Assembly: GCA_027078545.1 (NCBI GenBank)
Contig: JALWXN010000001.1
Coordinates: forward strand, 1-64,000
Direction: 5' to 3'
Length of the DNA: 64,000 nucleotides
DNA from: Nitrososphaeria archaeon
GTDB lineage: Archaea; Thermoproteota; Nitrososphaeria; Geothermarchaeales; JDFR-13
Positions 32,179 to 41,470 of this stretch are shown one piece after another; position 1 is the stretch's first letter; every line of letters starts with the position of its first letter. The position numbers and the translations under genes are program-made. Below the pieces are notes generated by a model. It saw nothing but the letters and a program-made list of their open reading frames with translations, made no database searches and was not told the DNA's origin.

Positions 32179-32562
32179 ATGACGGAGGTTAGTGACTGGA
32201 GGTTTAGGAGGTATAGGTATAGGCTTATAGGGAGTAGGTGTAGGGAGTGTGGTGAGACCTCATACCCTCCACGTAGGCGCTGCTCTAGGTGTGGAGGGGC
32301 TACCGAGGAGTATCAGCTGCCGAGGAGGGGTAGGGTGGTTCACTACACCCTGTTGAAGGCCCTCCCCACTAGGTATAACCATTATAGGCCGTATTTCCTC
32401 GCCGTCGTGGAGCTCAGTGATGGTACTAGGGTTATCGGTATGCTTACCGATGTGGATGAGCCTAGTGAGGGTATGGAGGTCGAGGCTACCCTTAGGAAGC
32501 TCTATACCTATGGCGAAGATGGCAAGATCATCTATGGGGTGAAGTTTAGGCCGGTGCTCTAG
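32179..32562 (+). CDS. DUF35 Zn-ribbon/OB-fold protein
   Basis: CRECG..YPPRRRCSRC, YGVKFRP; third gene of the HMGCS-thiolase cluster. Confidence 0.93.
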   Translation: MTEVSDWRFRRYRYRLIGSRCRECGETSYPPRRRCSRCGGATEEYQLPRRGRVVHYTLLKALPTRYNHYRPYFLAVVELSDGTRVIGMLTDVDEPSEGMEVEATLRKLYTYGEDGKIIYGVKFRPVL

Positions 32563-33173
32563 AGGTTCTCACCCATCTTCTTCTCCTCAAATTTTTTGAG
32601 GGCCCACCTGATCTTCCCTATTGTATCCCTCCTCCTAGCCACCTCTCCATGGTCTACAACCTCTATCCTTGTTACTATCCCGTCCTCATCCAGTATGTGG
32701 AAGGAGAACCTCTTGTCCTTCGGCCTCTTCCCCTCATCGATCTCCCTCATATCCTTGGACATCTCCTCGGTTAGGCGTGGCTCTAGGAAGCGTGTAACTA
32801 GTGTGTCGTCGACCCTGAAACCAAAGGACTTGTCTATCCTGACTACCACTGCGTGTGGGTAGTGATCCACCCAGGCCACTGGTCTGCCCCTGCTTACCCA
32901 TAGTATCTCTGTTCTGAGGGGCTTCTCCTGCTGTGGCTTGGTCTCGATACTTGTCTCGGCCCACTCCGTCTTCATGGGTTCTCTTGGCTCCGGCCTCTCC
33001 GCGCCTAGTGGCTTTATCTTGTCTGCTGGTGAGAAGGACTTCTCGGTTATCATGTCCTCCAGAGCCTTGAGGAAGCGGTTTATCCTCCGGAGCTCCTCCT
33101 CCAGTTCCTCCCTACGCTTCTCTAGGTATTGGCGGAGCTCCTCTACGTCGTCTATCCCAGCCATCTTGACCAT
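32559..33173 (-). CDS. Hypothetical protein with N-terminal coiled coil
   Basis: LEKRREELEEELRRI heptads; IRWALKK C-terminus; downstream of alba. Confidence 0.7.
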   Translation of the reverse strand: MVKMAGIDDVEELRQYLEKRREELEEELRRINRFLKALEDMITEKSFSPADKIKPLGAERPEPREPMKTEWAETSIETKPQQEKPLRTEILWVSRGRPVAWVDHYPHAVVVRIDKSFGFRVDDTLVTRFLEPRLTEEMSKDMREIDEGKRPKDKRFSFHILDEDGIVTRIEVVDHGEVARRRDTIGKIRWALKKFEEKKMGENL

Positions 33174-33305
33174 ACAGTATTAGAGCATTATGTGGGTGAT
33201 AAATAGGCATGCCAAGGGGTTAGGAGGGTTCTGTATAGGATATGGATACTGTATAGCCTGGATCCAGGGCTTTATATAAAGGGAGGAGAGAGAAGGGTGC
33301 TGGTT

Positions 33306-33584
33306 CTAGGCGGTCTGCTCTAGGACTATCTCGATGGTTGAGACCTTCCTGGGAGGCTCGCCGACCTCCTCGGTGTCGATCTTGCAGCTGGTCACCTCTA
33401 CCTTGCCGCCTAGGAGCCTCCTCTTCACTATCTGGGCTACGTCGACAGCCTTGGAGATGGCCTTACCCCTGGCCTTGAGTACGACGACCTTGTTGCCGAC
33501 GTCGAACTGGAGGAGCACTGCTAGGACGTAGTTCATCACTGACTTCTTCCCGATGAAGATTACGTTCTCACCCTCGGCGCTCAT
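33306..33584 (-). CDS. albA: Chromatin protein Alba
   Basis: IGKKSVMNYVLA, KARGKAISKAVD, VSTIEI. Confidence 0.96.
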   Translation of the reverse strand: MSAEGENVIFIGKKSVMNYVLAVLLQFDVGNKVVVLKARGKAISKAVDVAQIVKRRLLGGKVEVTSCKIDTEEVGEPPRKVSTIEIVLEQTA

Positions 33585-33653
33585 GGTGATCACCGTTGAT
33601 TGTTATGTATTTAGATAAGGGGGGAGGGTATATAAATGGTTCCCGTGAGGCGG

Positions 33654-33968
33654 CTAGATGTCTACCTCCCTATCCTCCATCTCGGCTAGGAGGAGCCACT
33701 TGACGGGTATGGGGTCGAAGTCGTCTCGGTATATAAGCTTCCTCTTTATCGAGAGTGGTAGGACCCCGCTCTCAAGCTCCTTTATGGCTATGTCTATACT
33801 CGTCATCCCCTTCTCAGCCTTTATGAAGGGCTCGGCTCCATAGTCTATCTGTACAGCCCTTATACCTATTATCCTGGCCCGCTCATATGCGGTTAGCTTG
33901 GGCGGGCCGATTGTTATCAGGTCTTTATACCTTATCTTACGCTTCTTCTCTGTTGTCATCTCGGGCAT
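33654..33968 (-). CDS. rpoK: RNA polymerase subunit Rpo6 (K)
   Basis: LTAYERARIIGIRA..GA, IAIKEL..LPLSIKR. Confidence 0.93.
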   Translation of the reverse strand: MPEMTTEKKRKIRYKDLITIGPPKLTAYERARIIGIRAVQIDYGAEPFIKAEKGMTSIDIAIKELESGVLPLSIKRKLIYRDDFDPIPVKWLLLAEMEDREVDI

Positions 33969-34028
33969 CGGAATAATTTATATAGGGACACTTTAAAAAT
34001 GTTTTGACCCGGTGTATCAATAGGTTGT

Positions 34029-34409
34029 TTGGACATGCCCTCAGATAACAGGACGATGTATAGAGTCGTTGTGGAGAATCTGGGGGAGGCTGTACTGGCG
34101 CTCGACAATGATAGGGGCTTCTCCATAATATCGGAGCTCGAGTTGAAGGGGGAGGTGCAGACCTACGCCGTGAGGAGGGGTGAGGTGGTGGTTATACCCC
34201 TGGGGGTGGAGAAGGGGCTCAGGGGTCTCCCAGGGGTCTTCACGGCTGGTAAGGTTCTCTACACACCTATTGACGATGGCTTCGCCATTGTTCTTGAGGA
34301 CTTCAAGAGTCTGGAGCAGAACTATGTGGAGATAGGTGAGGTTGTGGAGGGCCTGGATCTGCTTCGGGGTTTGGAGGGGGTTAGGAGGGTTGTTGTTAAG
34401 CGGCTTTGA
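34029..34409 (+). CDS. Cyclophilin-like fold protein (DUF369-like), tentative
   Basis: Size and GKVLYTP...IGEVVEGLDLL pattern. Confidence 0.4.
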   Translation: MDMPSDNRTMYRVVVENLGEAVLALDNDRGFSIISELELKGEVQTYAVRRGEVVVIPLGVEKGLRGLPGVFTAGKVLYTPIDDGFAIVLEDFKSLEQNYVEIGEVVEGLDLLRGLEGVRRVVVKRL

Positions 34410-34704
34410 CTGGTACGTATACCTCTAGCTCCCGGTTCTTGAGCTCCAGCCGTATAAGCCCCTGGTTCTCAAGCTCCTTCAGGAATCTCCTGGCCTCGCT
34501 TATCTTTATCTCGGCCTTCCTCGAGACCATGGAGGGTGTTACGTATTTAGAGCTCTTGATGAAGCCTATCAGCTCCTTCCTAGTCGCCTCGTCTATAATC
34601 ACTCCATACTCAACCTTCCTGACCTCCTCCTTCTCACTCCTCCTCTTCTTGCCTTCGAGCATCTTCTTGAGCTTACTTATTGTCGGCTTTTTCTGTCCAC
34701 CCAT
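34396..34704 (-). CDS. rps25e: 30S ribosomal protein S25e
   Basis: MGGQKKPT, YVTPS, ISEARRFLKEL. Confidence 0.92.
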   Translation of the reverse strand: MGGQKKPTISKLKKMLEGKKRRSEKEEVRKVEYGVIIDEATRKELIGFIKSSKYVTPSMVSRKAEIKISEARRFLKELENQGLIRLELKNRELEVYVPVKAA

Positions 34705-34812
34705 CTATACCACCCTATCTACACCCTATAGGGGCTTTGGGTATAGATAAATAGGAATAATGTTGGTTTGTGGGTAGGGACAATATCGGTAAAAAGGTTG
34801 GTCCAGGCCTAT

Positions 34813-34899
34813 CTACCTGAACTCTGGCCTGAACTTGAAGTACCATGTGGCATGTATTGCCGACATGCCTATCTCGAGCTTCTCGATCTCCTTCTTCAT
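34813..34899 (-). CDS. Small orphan peptide MKKEIEKLEIGMSAIHATWYFKFRPEFR (28 aa; 30 aa from ATG 34905)
   Basis: RBS GGAGGAGGTG at 34906-15, BRE/TATA GAAAAG-TTTATAAA at 34937-50, T-tract near 34791, host-preferred codons. Confidence 0.72.
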   Translation of the reverse strand: MKKEIEKLEIGMSAIHATWYFKFRPEFR

Positions 34900-34992
34900 C
34901 CTCATCACCTCCTCCTGACTCTGGATAAGTAACCTATTTATAAACTTTTCTGTTGTGACGGGCCGTTCTAGATGTATGTAATCCGGGGGTTT

Positions 34993-36753
34993 CTACTCCA
35001 CCCCTATCCTGCGCTGCCTCTTATACATCTCGATCACTTCCTCCTCCGTAGTTGCGTCCTCCGGCCTCTTGTCCAGCCTATACCTGCCTGTGAAGCGTGG
35101 GAATCTGAGGGCTAGGCCTACTCCCTCCTCTATCTTGTTGTATGCGCATGTATGTAGTGGGCTGAGGGTTATCTCCGCGGCTGTTATCTCTAGGACTATG
35201 GCTGGCTCTACCCACTTGTCGGGCTCCATCTTAGCCTCTACCCTGGCCGGCTTCTTATCCCTTAGGTATGGCTTTAACAGCTTGTTCATCTCAACTATGT
35301 CCTCGTCCTTGAAGCCTGTCCCTACTTTGCATATCGTTTTGAATACGTCGTTCTCATGGTCGTATACAGCCATTAGGAAGCTGCTTAGGACCCCTGCCTT
35401 CCTGCCCCGACCGTAGAGCCCACCTACGACTACTAGGTCTAGGGTGTCTGTCAGTTCTGATCTGTAGTCCCTCTTGAGCTTTATCCATAGCCATCCCCTG
35501 GCCCCTGCCTGGTAGATAGAGTCGGGGCCGGTGCTCTTTATCATGAGCCCCTCCAGTCCCTGCTCCACGGATAGGTGGAAGAAGTCCCAGAGCTCCTTCA
35601 CAGTCTTTGGGTATGTTATGTCTGAGGGGGCTATGTTCTCGTTGGTCTTGACGACCTCCTCCAGCCTCTTCCTCCTCTCTGGGAAGGTCTTGTTCATCAG
35701 GCTCTCTCCGTCGTATATAATGTCGAAGACTCTTAGGGAGACGGGTATCTCCTTGGCTACTTGGTGGATGTCGTGCTTCCTCTTCCTCCTCATAAGTTCT
35801 TGGAAGGGTCTGAACTCGCCTGTCTCAGGGTCGATGGCCACTGCCTCCCCCTCTAGTATGCCTACCTCTAGGTCGACGTATCTCCTCACGACCTCTACTA
35901 CGTCGGGGAATTGGTGGGTTATTCTCTCGAGCCTCCTGCTGAATATCTCTATCTCGCCGTTGGGTAGGATGTGGATCTGCATCCTCTCCCCGTCGTATTT
36001 GAACTCCGCCGCTAGTCTCCCCCTGGTCTTCTCCCACGCCTCCTCTGGGCTCCTGACCCTCTCCGCCAGCATGGGCCTTACCGGTATGCCTGGCGTGACG
36101 TCCACCTTGTCGATTCCTTCCCAGCCCTCGGTGAAGAGGATCCTGGTTATCTCCCCGATGTCGGGTAGCCTGTTGTAGGCCCTCTCTATGCGGGGCTTCA
36201 TCTCCCTGCTTCCCTTTGCATTGGCGAGTGCCTCGAGTATCGTCATGTCAGCCACTCCTAGACGCATGTTCCCGTCGGCCAGCCTAGCTATGTACCGGGC
36301 CTCTAATGGGGTGGCGTCGACCAGGAGGCTTGTCAGGAGCTTGACCCTAGTCTCTATAGCCCCCTCCCCCTGTACCTTGGAGATCTTCTTGAAGGTCTGG
36401 TAGACCCTCTTCACCGTGAGCTCCTGTGTCAGGAATACCATCTGCCTCTTCCTCTTCATCATCTCCTCCGCCACTAGGCCTACGTCGCCGAGCTCGTTCA
36501 GCTTCTTCTCGACCACCTTCGTGTCGTACCCAGCGGCCTTGGCTATGGCCCTGGTTATCAGCTTCTCGCTTAGCCCGAGCTCCCCACCCTTGTATGGAGG
36601 CTCGATCTCCCCGAGTAGGATATAGGAGATGTATGCGGCCTCCTCCGGATCATTAATAGTCCTATATAGCTCGGTAAGGATATTCACCATCTCTATCCTT
36701 CCAGTGGTCTTCTCAACCCTGAGGAGGTACCTAGCCAGGTCTTCGAACTTCAT
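34993..36753 (-). CDS. lig: ATP-dependent DNA ligase
   Basis: PMLA, EFKYDGER, EGLMIK, WIKLKRDY, ALRFPRF. Confidence 0.97.
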   Translation of the reverse strand: MKFEDLARYLLRVEKTTGRIEMVNILTELYRTINDPEEAAYISYILLGEIEPPYKGGELGLSEKLITRAIAKAAGYDTKVVEKKLNELGDVGLVAEEMMKRKRQMVFLTQELTVKRVYQTFKKISKVQGEGAIETRVKLLTSLLVDATPLEARYIARLADGNMRLGVADMTILEALANAKGSREMKPRIERAYNRLPDIGEITRILFTEGWEGIDKVDVTPGIPVRPMLAERVRSPEEAWEKTRGRLAAEFKYDGERMQIHILPNGEIEIFSRRLERITHQFPDVVEVVRRYVDLEVGILEGEAVAIDPETGEFRPFQELMRRKRKHDIHQVAKEIPVSLRVFDIIYDGESLMNKTFPERRKRLEEVVKTNENIAPSDITYPKTVKELWDFFHLSVEQGLEGLMIKSTGPDSIYQAGARGWLWIKLKRDYRSELTDTLDLVVVGGLYGRGRKAGVLSSFLMAVYDHENDVFKTICKVGTGFKDEDIVEMNKLLKPYLRDKKPARVEAKMEPDKWVEPAIVLEITAAEITLSPLHTCAYNKIEEGVGLALRFPRFTGRYRLDKRPEDATTEEEVIEMYKRQRRIGVE

Positions 36754-36864
36754 GGACAAAACATATTTGGCTATGGCGAACCTAATATAGTAGTCTAGAA
36801 TCCGTGATGCCTGGTTTCTTAAGGGAGAGATATAAGGGTGGGCTGGTGGTTTAATTTGGGAGTG

Positions 36865-38130
36865 ATGAGTGTCGAATGGGGGTTGATGATAGCGTCCATA
36901 ATAATATTCATAGGCTTCATAGGCTCTGTCCTACTAAATAGGCATAACATCCCAGACGCTATCTTCCTGATTATACTGGGTTATGTATTGGGACCTGGTC
37001 TGGGACTTGTCGATATAGAAATCCTCAAGGGGGCGGCACCCTACATAGGGGCAGTTGCCCTGATCTCAATCATGTTTGAGAGCAGTTTTGGGATAAATAT
37101 TCGGGAGTTGTTTGCGTCTGCGAAGCCTGCCCTGATACTCGCCTTCGGCGGATTTGCCCTGTCTACCCTGGCGACTACTCTTCTCTTATACTATGTCATA
37201 GGCTTCTACCCTGACAATATCCTGATGAGTCTTCTTGTGGGCACTATCATAGGTGGTGGTAGTGGTGCTATCATCGTAAGCGTTATACAGAGGATAAGCG
37301 TTCCTACCAAGGTACAGGTCACCCTGAGTATAGAGTCTGTTCTAACCGATGTTCTCGTCATCATATTTACAGAGACGGTTCTACTAATCATCACGCTACA
37401 AATGCTTCAGAATGGGGTTACCCTAGACCTCAGAAATGTAGGAGGGAGCATAGCATCAAGCTTCTCCATAAGCGTTGTCCTTGGAGTTCTAGCTGGTTGG
37501 ATACTGGCTAATCTTTTGGATAGGTTTAAGAAGGAGAAGCATGTCTATACGATGACAATTGCCTATCTTATCCTAATTTATGTAGCCACCCAGAGCCTCA
37601 ACGGTAGCGGTGCCATTGCTGTGCTCACATGTGGTATTGTCCTGACGAACTTTAGGCATATACCGTTTCTCTTCGAGAAGAGGAGTCCGGAGAGCCTCAC
37701 CTACCAGCTCTACTCACTAGAATCTATGCACTCAGAGCTTACCCTACTGCTTAAGATCTTCTTCTTCGTGGAGGTAGGAATAATCATGAATATTAGGGAT
37801 CTATGGACGATCGTCATATCCCTACTCCTATCGGTAATTCTGTTTCTAGTTAGATTCCCCGTCTCCCTTCTTGTCGCTAAGAGCCTCAATTTCGGTGAGG
37901 CTAGCCTTGTACCCGCCGAGATAATATCCTTCTCATATGCCAGAGGTTTAGCAGCTGCTGTCATGGCTGTTAGGGTTCAGAATGAGTTTGAACTAGTGTT
38001 TGGAGAGCTTTTTTCAGAAGCTGTGGAGTTTATCCTGCAGGTTACATCGGGTGTGATCCTCTTCACTAATCTATTCTTTACCGTTGGCATAGCGCTCCTG
38101 AGGAATAAGGTTAGGGAGTTCTACTACTGA
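36865..38130 (+). CDS. Cation:proton antiporter (CPA1/NhaP-like)
   Basis: Many TM helices; IESVLTD and ARGLAAAV motifs. Confidence 0.85.
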   Translation: MSVEWGLMIASIIIFIGFIGSVLLNRHNIPDAIFLIILGYVLGPGLGLVDIEILKGAAPYIGAVALISIMFESSFGINIRELFASAKPALILAFGGFALSTLATTLLLYYVIGFYPDNILMSLLVGTIIGGGSGAIIVSVIQRISVPTKVQVTLSIESVLTDVLVIIFTETVLLIITLQMLQNGVTLDLRNVGGSIASSFSISVVLGVLAGWILANLLDRFKKEKHVYTMTIAYLILIYVATQSLNGSGAIAVLTCGIVLTNFRHIPFLFEKRSPESLTYQLYSLESMHSELTLLLKIFFFVEVGIIMNIRDLWTIVISLLLSVILFLVRFPVSLLVAKSLNFGEASLVPAEIISFSYARGLAAAVMAVRVQNEFELVFGELFSEAVEFILQVTSGVILFTNLFFTVGIALLRNKVREFYY

Positions 38131-38180
38131 GTTTTTCATCTAACCTCACGATATTGGAAAAAGATGTTTGGGGGTTCGGG

Positions 38181-38750
38181 CTAGGTATACTCTATTAGTC
38201 CTGCGTCGATAAGCTTCTTCTGGAGCTTCTTCACCGCCCTGTACACCTCCTCCTCGCTCCTCGCACCTGTACATACTATTTTTCCGCTGGAGAAGAGGAG
38301 TATCACGACGTTTGGGTCGTCCATCCTATATATGAGGCCTGGGAACTCCTCGGGCTCGTAGATGGTGAACTCTAGCTCGTAGGCGGCTCCCTCGAGGTCT
38401 ATGTATCCCTTCAGGTTTCCCGATGCGACTACATTCTCTATCTTTACCTCGGGCTTCACCCCTGTGAGTATGCCCTTCTCCTCAAACTGTTTTATAAGCT
38501 TGTTTACAGCCTGTTTGACTGCTGACTCGGTCTTCGCCCCTGTTATTACCATGTTTCCTGAGCCGAATATGAGTATCGCGGTCCTAGGCCTGTCTAGCCT
38601 ATAGACTAGTCCGGGGAATCTCCTGGGGTCATACTCCGCCTGTGGTATCTTCTCGAGGATCTTGCGCAGGTTGATATCCTGTCCAAGCTTCACGGTAGCC
38701 ACTACATTCACTATTTGTACATCCGGCTCGACAGGAACGTCATCCGCCAT
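38181..38750 (-). CDS. tbp: TATA-box binding protein
   Basis: Two repeats of NVVA, YxPxxFPGL, FxSGxxVxTGA. Confidence 0.97.
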   Translation of the reverse strand: MADDVPVEPDVQIVNVVATVKLGQDINLRKILEKIPQAEYDPRRFPGLVYRLDRPRTAILIFGSGNMVITGAKTESAVKQAVNKLIKQFEEKGILTGVKPEVKIENVVASGNLKGYIDLEGAAYELEFTIYEPEEFPGLIYRMDDPNVVILLFSSGKIVCTGARSEEEVYRAVKKLQKKLIDAGLIEYT

Positions 38751-38804
38751 TTAAAAACACCTTTATAAAGGTATATTAACCCGTCACGGGGTTAATAATC
38801 TAAT

Positions 38805-39389
38805 CTATTCTTCCTCCTCCACCTCGGCCTCTATACAATCGTAGACCTGGAACTCCTCCACCTCCTCCTCTTCCTTCCTCTTCAGATAATCCCTATACTC
38901 CAGGTAGATCATGGCGAGAACTATGAGTAGTATAATTCCGTAGCGCATTAGGGGTGAGGATGTGAATATCCTTGTTATTATACCGAGTTGGGGTATGACG
39001 AAGACAACCCTGCCGATTATATACTCATCTGTCAATGTCCATGGGTCGTTGAGATTATTGTTATCCCCCTTGGTTATGAAGCCTCTCTCCCCATTTGGGA
39101 GGATGATTATGTCGACTACTCGGTGAACTATCGGTACTGGGCCTCCAGTGGGGTTTCTAAACACTATTATGTCTCCTACCTCGATATCGTCTGGATCTAC
39201 ACCTACAACCACTATTATGTCGTTTACCTTTAGGGTTGGCTCCATACTCCTCGAGATGACGACCATGAAGGGTGTCTCGGTACCTAACACGGCTTTGAAT
39301 ACTGTTGGGAGGCCGAAGACTATGAATATTGTGATTATGAGTATGGCGGCTATCCTTATAGCTAGGCCCTTGTCTACCTGTCTCTCCAT
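38805..39389 (-). CDS. sec11: Signal peptidase I (archaeal Sec11 type)
   Basis: SRSMEPT, IVHRV, TKGDNN..D. Confidence 0.92.
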   Translation of the reverse strand: MERQVDKGLAIRIAAILIITIFIVFGLPTVFKAVLGTETPFMVVISRSMEPTLKVNDIIVVVGVDPDDIEVGDIIVFRNPTGGPVPIVHRVVDIIILPNGERGFITKGDNNNLNDPWTLTDEYIIGRVVFVIPQLGIITRIFTSSPLMRYGIILLIVLAMIYLEYRDYLKRKEEEEVEEFQVYDCIEAEVEEEE

Positions 39390-39390
39390 C

Positions 39391-39687
39391 TCATGCTCCC
39401 TTTATGATGGTCAGGGCTATTGAGAGGAATAGTAGTCCCCAGCCCAGTATGAGGATTATCTTGAAATACTTCTTCACTGACTCGATCATGACTAGGAGTA
39501 TGTAGATTGCTGTTATGCTTATTAGGAAGGTTATTATGTCGCCGTACATAACTGCTATCTCGGGCGCCTCCTTGAAGAGTGTGTTCTCAAGGATGAATGT
39601 TATTATGTCCCTGATGAAGTAGTATATGGCATATAGGAAGTTGATGAGGGCCTCTGTAGTTATGGGGAATGTTGGTGCCTCGGCCAC
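39391..39687 (-). CDS. Small membrane protein
   Basis: Hydrophobic 98-aa ORF abutting the signal peptidase. Confidence 0.7.
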   Translation of the reverse strand: MAEAPTFPITTEALINFLYAIYYFIRDIITFILENTLFKEAPEIAVMYGDIITFLISITAIYILLVMIESVKKYFKIILILGWGLLFLSIALTIIKGA

Positions 39688-39723
39688 TACGGATCACCCT
39701 TAAAGAGATAATAATCTCTTCTT

Positions 39724-40278
39724 CTAGTCAATTAAAGCTTCTTTCGGCTCCTCATAGAAGCGTCCAAACATGTAGAGCAGGGCTATCAGGCCGACTATCC
39801 CCGTCACCACCCTGAGCCTCAGAACCCAGTTGGGCATCTCAAGTGGTTTAAAGGTGACCTCCACCACAGCCTCACTAGAATTCACGAGCCTGAATTCCGC
39901 GGCATAATTGGCGTTGATACTCGCAGTCACCACTCTTTTATAGCTCCCCTCCTCAAGCACCTTTGTACCGTCGATTATCCTGTAGCGTGTTATTGCGGGG
40001 TTGAACTCGCTCCTCAGGTTTGGCTTAAGTATGTATGCCTTCATGACATATGCGACCCTCCCCCTCTCCACGTCGAGTAAAACCTCGATCTTGTCGCCAC
40101 TCTCTAGCTGGATAACCGCCAACCCCTCCTGGTTCAAGGGGCTTCTATCGTTGAGTGTAATGGTTTCTGTCTTTGTGAACAGTATGTTGACCACTTGGGG
40201 GGCTAGGAGGAAGAGGATGATACTGGCTATACCTGCAAAGATAACTATCTTGTCTAGAGTTGAGAGGCGCCTCATCAT
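39724..40278 (-). CDS. Hypothetical protein with N- and C-terminal TM helices
   Basis: Two hydrophobic segments flanking a beta-rich domain. Confidence 0.65.
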   Translation of the reverse strand: MMRRLSTLDKIVIFAGIASIILFLLAPQVVNILFTKTETITLNDRSPLNQEGLAVIQLESGDKIEVLLDVERGRVAYVMKAYILKPNLRSEFNPAITRYRIIDGTKVLEEGSYKRVVTASINANYAAEFRLVNSSEAVVEVTFKPLEMPNWVLRLRVVTGIVGLIALLYMFGRFYEEPKEALID

Positions 40279-40408
40279 CTCTTACCGACTATTATAATGC
40301 TGTGTCTAGGGATAAGACGGTGTGTTTAGACGTGTATGTGTGGCTCAACCTTGAAATATAAAGGGTCGTACCGTGATATTTTTAGAAGTAGTAGCCGCAG
40401 GTGGTGTG

Positions 40409-41470
40409 ATGGCGGTCGTTAGATACCTCGCCTTTAGAATTGTGAATGCCCTCATCATACTGTTCCTAGTCCTGCTCATCACAGCGGTAATGATGAATGA
40501 GTATGTCGAGGATCAGATCAGGACTGATATCAGGGAGAGGGCATACCAGGAGATATATAGGAATCCTCAGTATGCCCAGTGGACTGAGGAGCAGAAGCAG
40601 AGGGCTGTACAGGAACGTATAAAGTTTTATGAGAGGCAGTATGGTCTTGACCAGCCCTACTATGTTAGGGTGTTATACCGGACCGTAGACGCGATGATGT
40701 TCAACTTTGGTAACGCGATGGTTCTGAAGAGTGCCGGTGGATCGCCGGTGGTGTCCGACATTATTCTTGAGGCGTTGCCGAGGACTATCCTACTGTTCAC
40801 CACTGGTACTATCATCACGATCGTCATAGGCATATTACTGGGTATTAAGGCGGCTACTAAAGTAGGCTCACTGCTAGATAGAACGATATCGACATTCGCG
40901 ATGTTCACATACAGCCTACCCATGTGGTGGGTGGGCATGATCTTCATCTTCTACTTCTCATACACATTAGGTATATTCCCATCAGGAGGTATGGTTAGTA
41001 TACCCCCTCCTGAGGAGCCTATGGCATATGCCCTAGATGTCCTGTATCACTTGGCCCTGCCGCTGATAGTCTTCGTCTTCGTAAACTTCGGTGGCTGGAG
41101 CTACGCAACTAGGAGTATCGTGCTCAACGTCTTGACCGAGGACTTCGTGAACACGGCCAGGGCCAAGGGTGTGCCTGAGAGGAAGATTCTCTATGGCCAT
41201 GTCCTAAGGACGGCTAGTCCGCCTATCGTTACCTCGACGACCCTGGCCATTCTCGGCTCGATAGGCGGCGCTATTATCACGGAGGCTGTATTCAACTGGC
41301 CGGGTATTGGTAGGCTCTTCTACCAAGCCATCCTCAATGGTGATATGCCTGTAGTAATTGGTCTGACCTACATATCCACCTTCCTCTACGTCTTCGCCAT
41401 ACTGGCTCTGGACTTTGCGTATGCCCTGCTAGACCCGAGGATCAAGGTCGGTGTGGGAGGCGGTAGATAG
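40409..41470 (+). CDS. dppB: Peptide/nickel ABC transporter permease
   Basis: TARAKG EAA loop, EAVFNWPGIG, LDPRI. Confidence 0.92.
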   Translation: MAVVRYLAFRIVNALIILFLVLLITAVMMNEYVEDQIRTDIRERAYQEIYRNPQYAQWTEEQKQRAVQERIKFYERQYGLDQPYYVRVLYRTVDAMMFNFGNAMVLKSAGGSPVVSDIILEALPRTILLFTTGTIITIVIGILLGIKAATKVGSLLDRTISTFAMFTYSLPMWWVGMIFIFYFSYTLGIFPSGGMVSIPPPEEPMAYALDVLYHLALPLIVFVFVNFGGWSYATRSIVLNVLTEDFVNTARAKGVPERKILYGHVLRTASPPIVTSTTLAILGSIGGAIITEAVFNWPGIGRLFYQAILNGDMPVVIGLTYISTFLYVFAILALDFAYALLDPRIKVGVGGGR

